From Armatimonadota bacterium (GTDB taxonomy: Bacteria; Armatimonadota; UBA10988): DNA of 33,401 nucleotides. The stretch lies in assembly GCA_016235455.1 (NCBI GenBank), contig JACRKZ010000095.1, positions 1-33,401 of the forward strand. The letters run 5' to 3'. The notes under the pieces are model-generated. The model saw only the letters and a program-made list of their open reading frames with translations. It made no database searches and was not told the origin of the DNA. Positions 32,033 to 33,401 of this stretch are shown in pieces; within the stretch, counting starts at the first letter, position 1; each line of letters begins with the position of its first letter. The position numbers were made by a program, and so were the translations under genes.

Positions 32033-33401
32033 ATGCGGCTGCGCGCTCTGGCTCTGGCTGGCTGCTGGTTGTGGCTTGCGTCGGCGGCGAACGCCGGCGA
32101 ACTGCGGGCCGATTGGCCGCTGGGCGGCAGCCATGGCGGCCCACTGCGTGTGGAGTGGGATGGGCGCGGCGAGCTGACGCTGATCTCAGGCCAGCCCTAC
32201 TCGAGCCGGCCGTCGCGGGCGCGGCGCGCTGGGCCGGGCATCAGTTGGCTCAGCAACCCGTCCTACTACAGCTACTCGCTCGCCTCGAGCGCCACCTTGC
32301 GGCAGACCGTTGGGCGGCATGTGGTGGCCGAGACGGCGCTACCAGCCGTGCCCAAGCTCGGCTGCTGCCTGCTGTGGCTCGGCCAGCCCAAGCTATCCGC
32401 CGACGACCGCGACCGCGTGGCCGGGCTGTGGTGCGACACCGCGCAGAGCCGCGCCATCGCCGTGGGCCAGCCCGCCGATATCCTGCCCGATCGTGCCGCC
32501 CTGCTGCGTTCGCTGCGAGCCGTCGTAGTCGAAGTGCCGCTGACTCCAGCACAGCAGCAGGTGATCGCCGACTACGCTTTCTCGGGCGGCCTGGTGGTCC
32601 AGCGCGCCGGGGTCGCCGCGCTGGTTGCCAAGGATGCGCCGGCAACGGCCCTGCCGGGCCGGCCCAGGCTGACCTGCAGCCCACTCGGCCTCGGCGGCGT
32701 GGTCACGGTCAGTGGCCCCATCACCGCCGACAGCACACTGTGGTCGCGCATCAACGCTGCCGATCTGCGCGCCGGCTCGCCCAGCATGACCTCCTTGCTG
32801 CCCGAGGGGCCGGAGATGGCACGAGCCATGGATGCCTCCAAGCCCATCCACTCGCGCTACCTGCTGGCCTTCCTCCTGGCCTATCTGGCGGCCATCGGTC
32901 CGCTGACCTGGCTGGTGGCGCGCGCGGGCCGCGGCTCGGCCGCGCGCGGCTGGCTGGCGGCGCCGGTGGTGGCCGCCCTGGCCGTGACCGTCGCGGCCGC
33001 CTGGGTCAACGCCAACGGCCGGCGGCAGAGCGCCGCCTATCAGATGACCAACACGACCCTGGACGCCGGCAGCCGCTATGGTGCCGCGCGGACCACGCTG
33101 CGTATCGCCACCAGTTCGGCGACGACCTATACCGTCACGCCAACCGACCGACGTGCCCGCTTCGGCTCGGCCGCGCTGTCGACGCTCGACGACAACGGCC
33201 AGATGCGCGTCGGACCATGGTCCATCCCGCCGCGCTCGGCACGGGTCCTGTCCGGCACCACCATCATCGACGTCGGCGGCACGGTGTCGATGGACCTGCG
33301 GCGGGTGGGCAGCGAGCTGCGCGGCACGATCCGCAACGCCATGCCCTATGCGCTGCGCGGCGCGGTCCTCTGTTGGCGAGACCGGATCCGCCCGCTGGGC
33401 A
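32033..33401 (+). CDS. Hypothetical secreted/membrane-anchored protein, paralog 3 of 3; runs off the right edge
   Basis: Not in the ORF track because there is no stop in the window. My translation from ATG 32033 (GGGGAG RBS) is MRLRALALAGCWLWLASAANAGELRADWPLG...LPDRAALLRSLRAVVVE...IADYAFSGGLVV...LLAFLLAYLAAIGP...WLAAPVVA...DVGGTVSMDLRR...GTIRNAMPYALRGAVLCW. Confidence 0.72.
   Translation, partial: MRLRALALAGCWLWLASAANAGELRADWPLGGSHGGPLRVEWDGRGELTLISGQPYSSRPSRARRAGPGISWLSNPSYYSYSLASSATLRQTVGRHVVAETALPAVPKLGCCLLWLGQPKLSADDRDRVAGLWCDTAQSRAIAVGQPADILPDRAALLRSLRAVVVEVPLTPAQQQVIADYAFSGGLVVQRAGVAALVAKDAPATALPGRPRLTCSPLGLGGVVTVSGPITADSTLWSRINAADLRAGSPSMTSLLPEGPEMARAMDASKPIHSRYLLAFLLAYLAAIGPLTWLVARAGRGSAARGWLAAPVVAALAVTVAAAWVNANGRRQSAAYQMTNTTLDAGSRYGAARTTLRIATSSATTYTVTPTDRRARFGSAALSTLDDNGQMRVGPWSIPPRSARVLSGTTIIDVGGTVSMDLRRVGSELRGTIRNAMPYALRGAVLCWRDRIRPLG

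Overview
A GC-rich (roughly 70% by eye) chromosomal window from a bacterium that is probably diderm. The gene content is reminiscent of Armatimonadota or Planctomycetota-like genomes (inference only). No integrase, transposase, CRISPR array or rRNA is visible. From left to right: (i) a minus-strand cluster of an uncharacterised glycoside-hydrolase-like protein, an orphan ABC solute-binding lipoprotein and a truncated nitrilase-family gene; (ii) a divergent DarA/PstA-like PII protein whose stop overlaps the start of an MFS-HEAT-repeat fusion; (iii) an orphan anti-sigma-like protein with a duplicated, zinc-less anti-sigma domain and a putative outer-membrane beta protein, behind an ECF-type promoter; (iv) tRNA-His(GUG) with a clear sigma70 promoter; (v) a 7-gene minus-strand operon encoding a class III cyclase-STAND-TPR protein, a presenilin/SPP-like GxGD protease fusion, an UshA-like/tetraheme cytochrome c fusion, DUF1289, Lon-N, Gfo/Idh/MocA and a SAM hydrolase; (vi) a GcvR-like ACT protein, def, a Zn-ADH and a secreted ADP-ribosylglycohydrolase; (vii) a baeRF-family protein; (viii) three tandem paralogous membrane-anchored proteins, the last truncated by the window edge. 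The best candidate for an undescribed system is the translationally coupled cyclase/presenilin-like protease/cytochrome module. All family calls come from motif recognition by eye, not from database searches.
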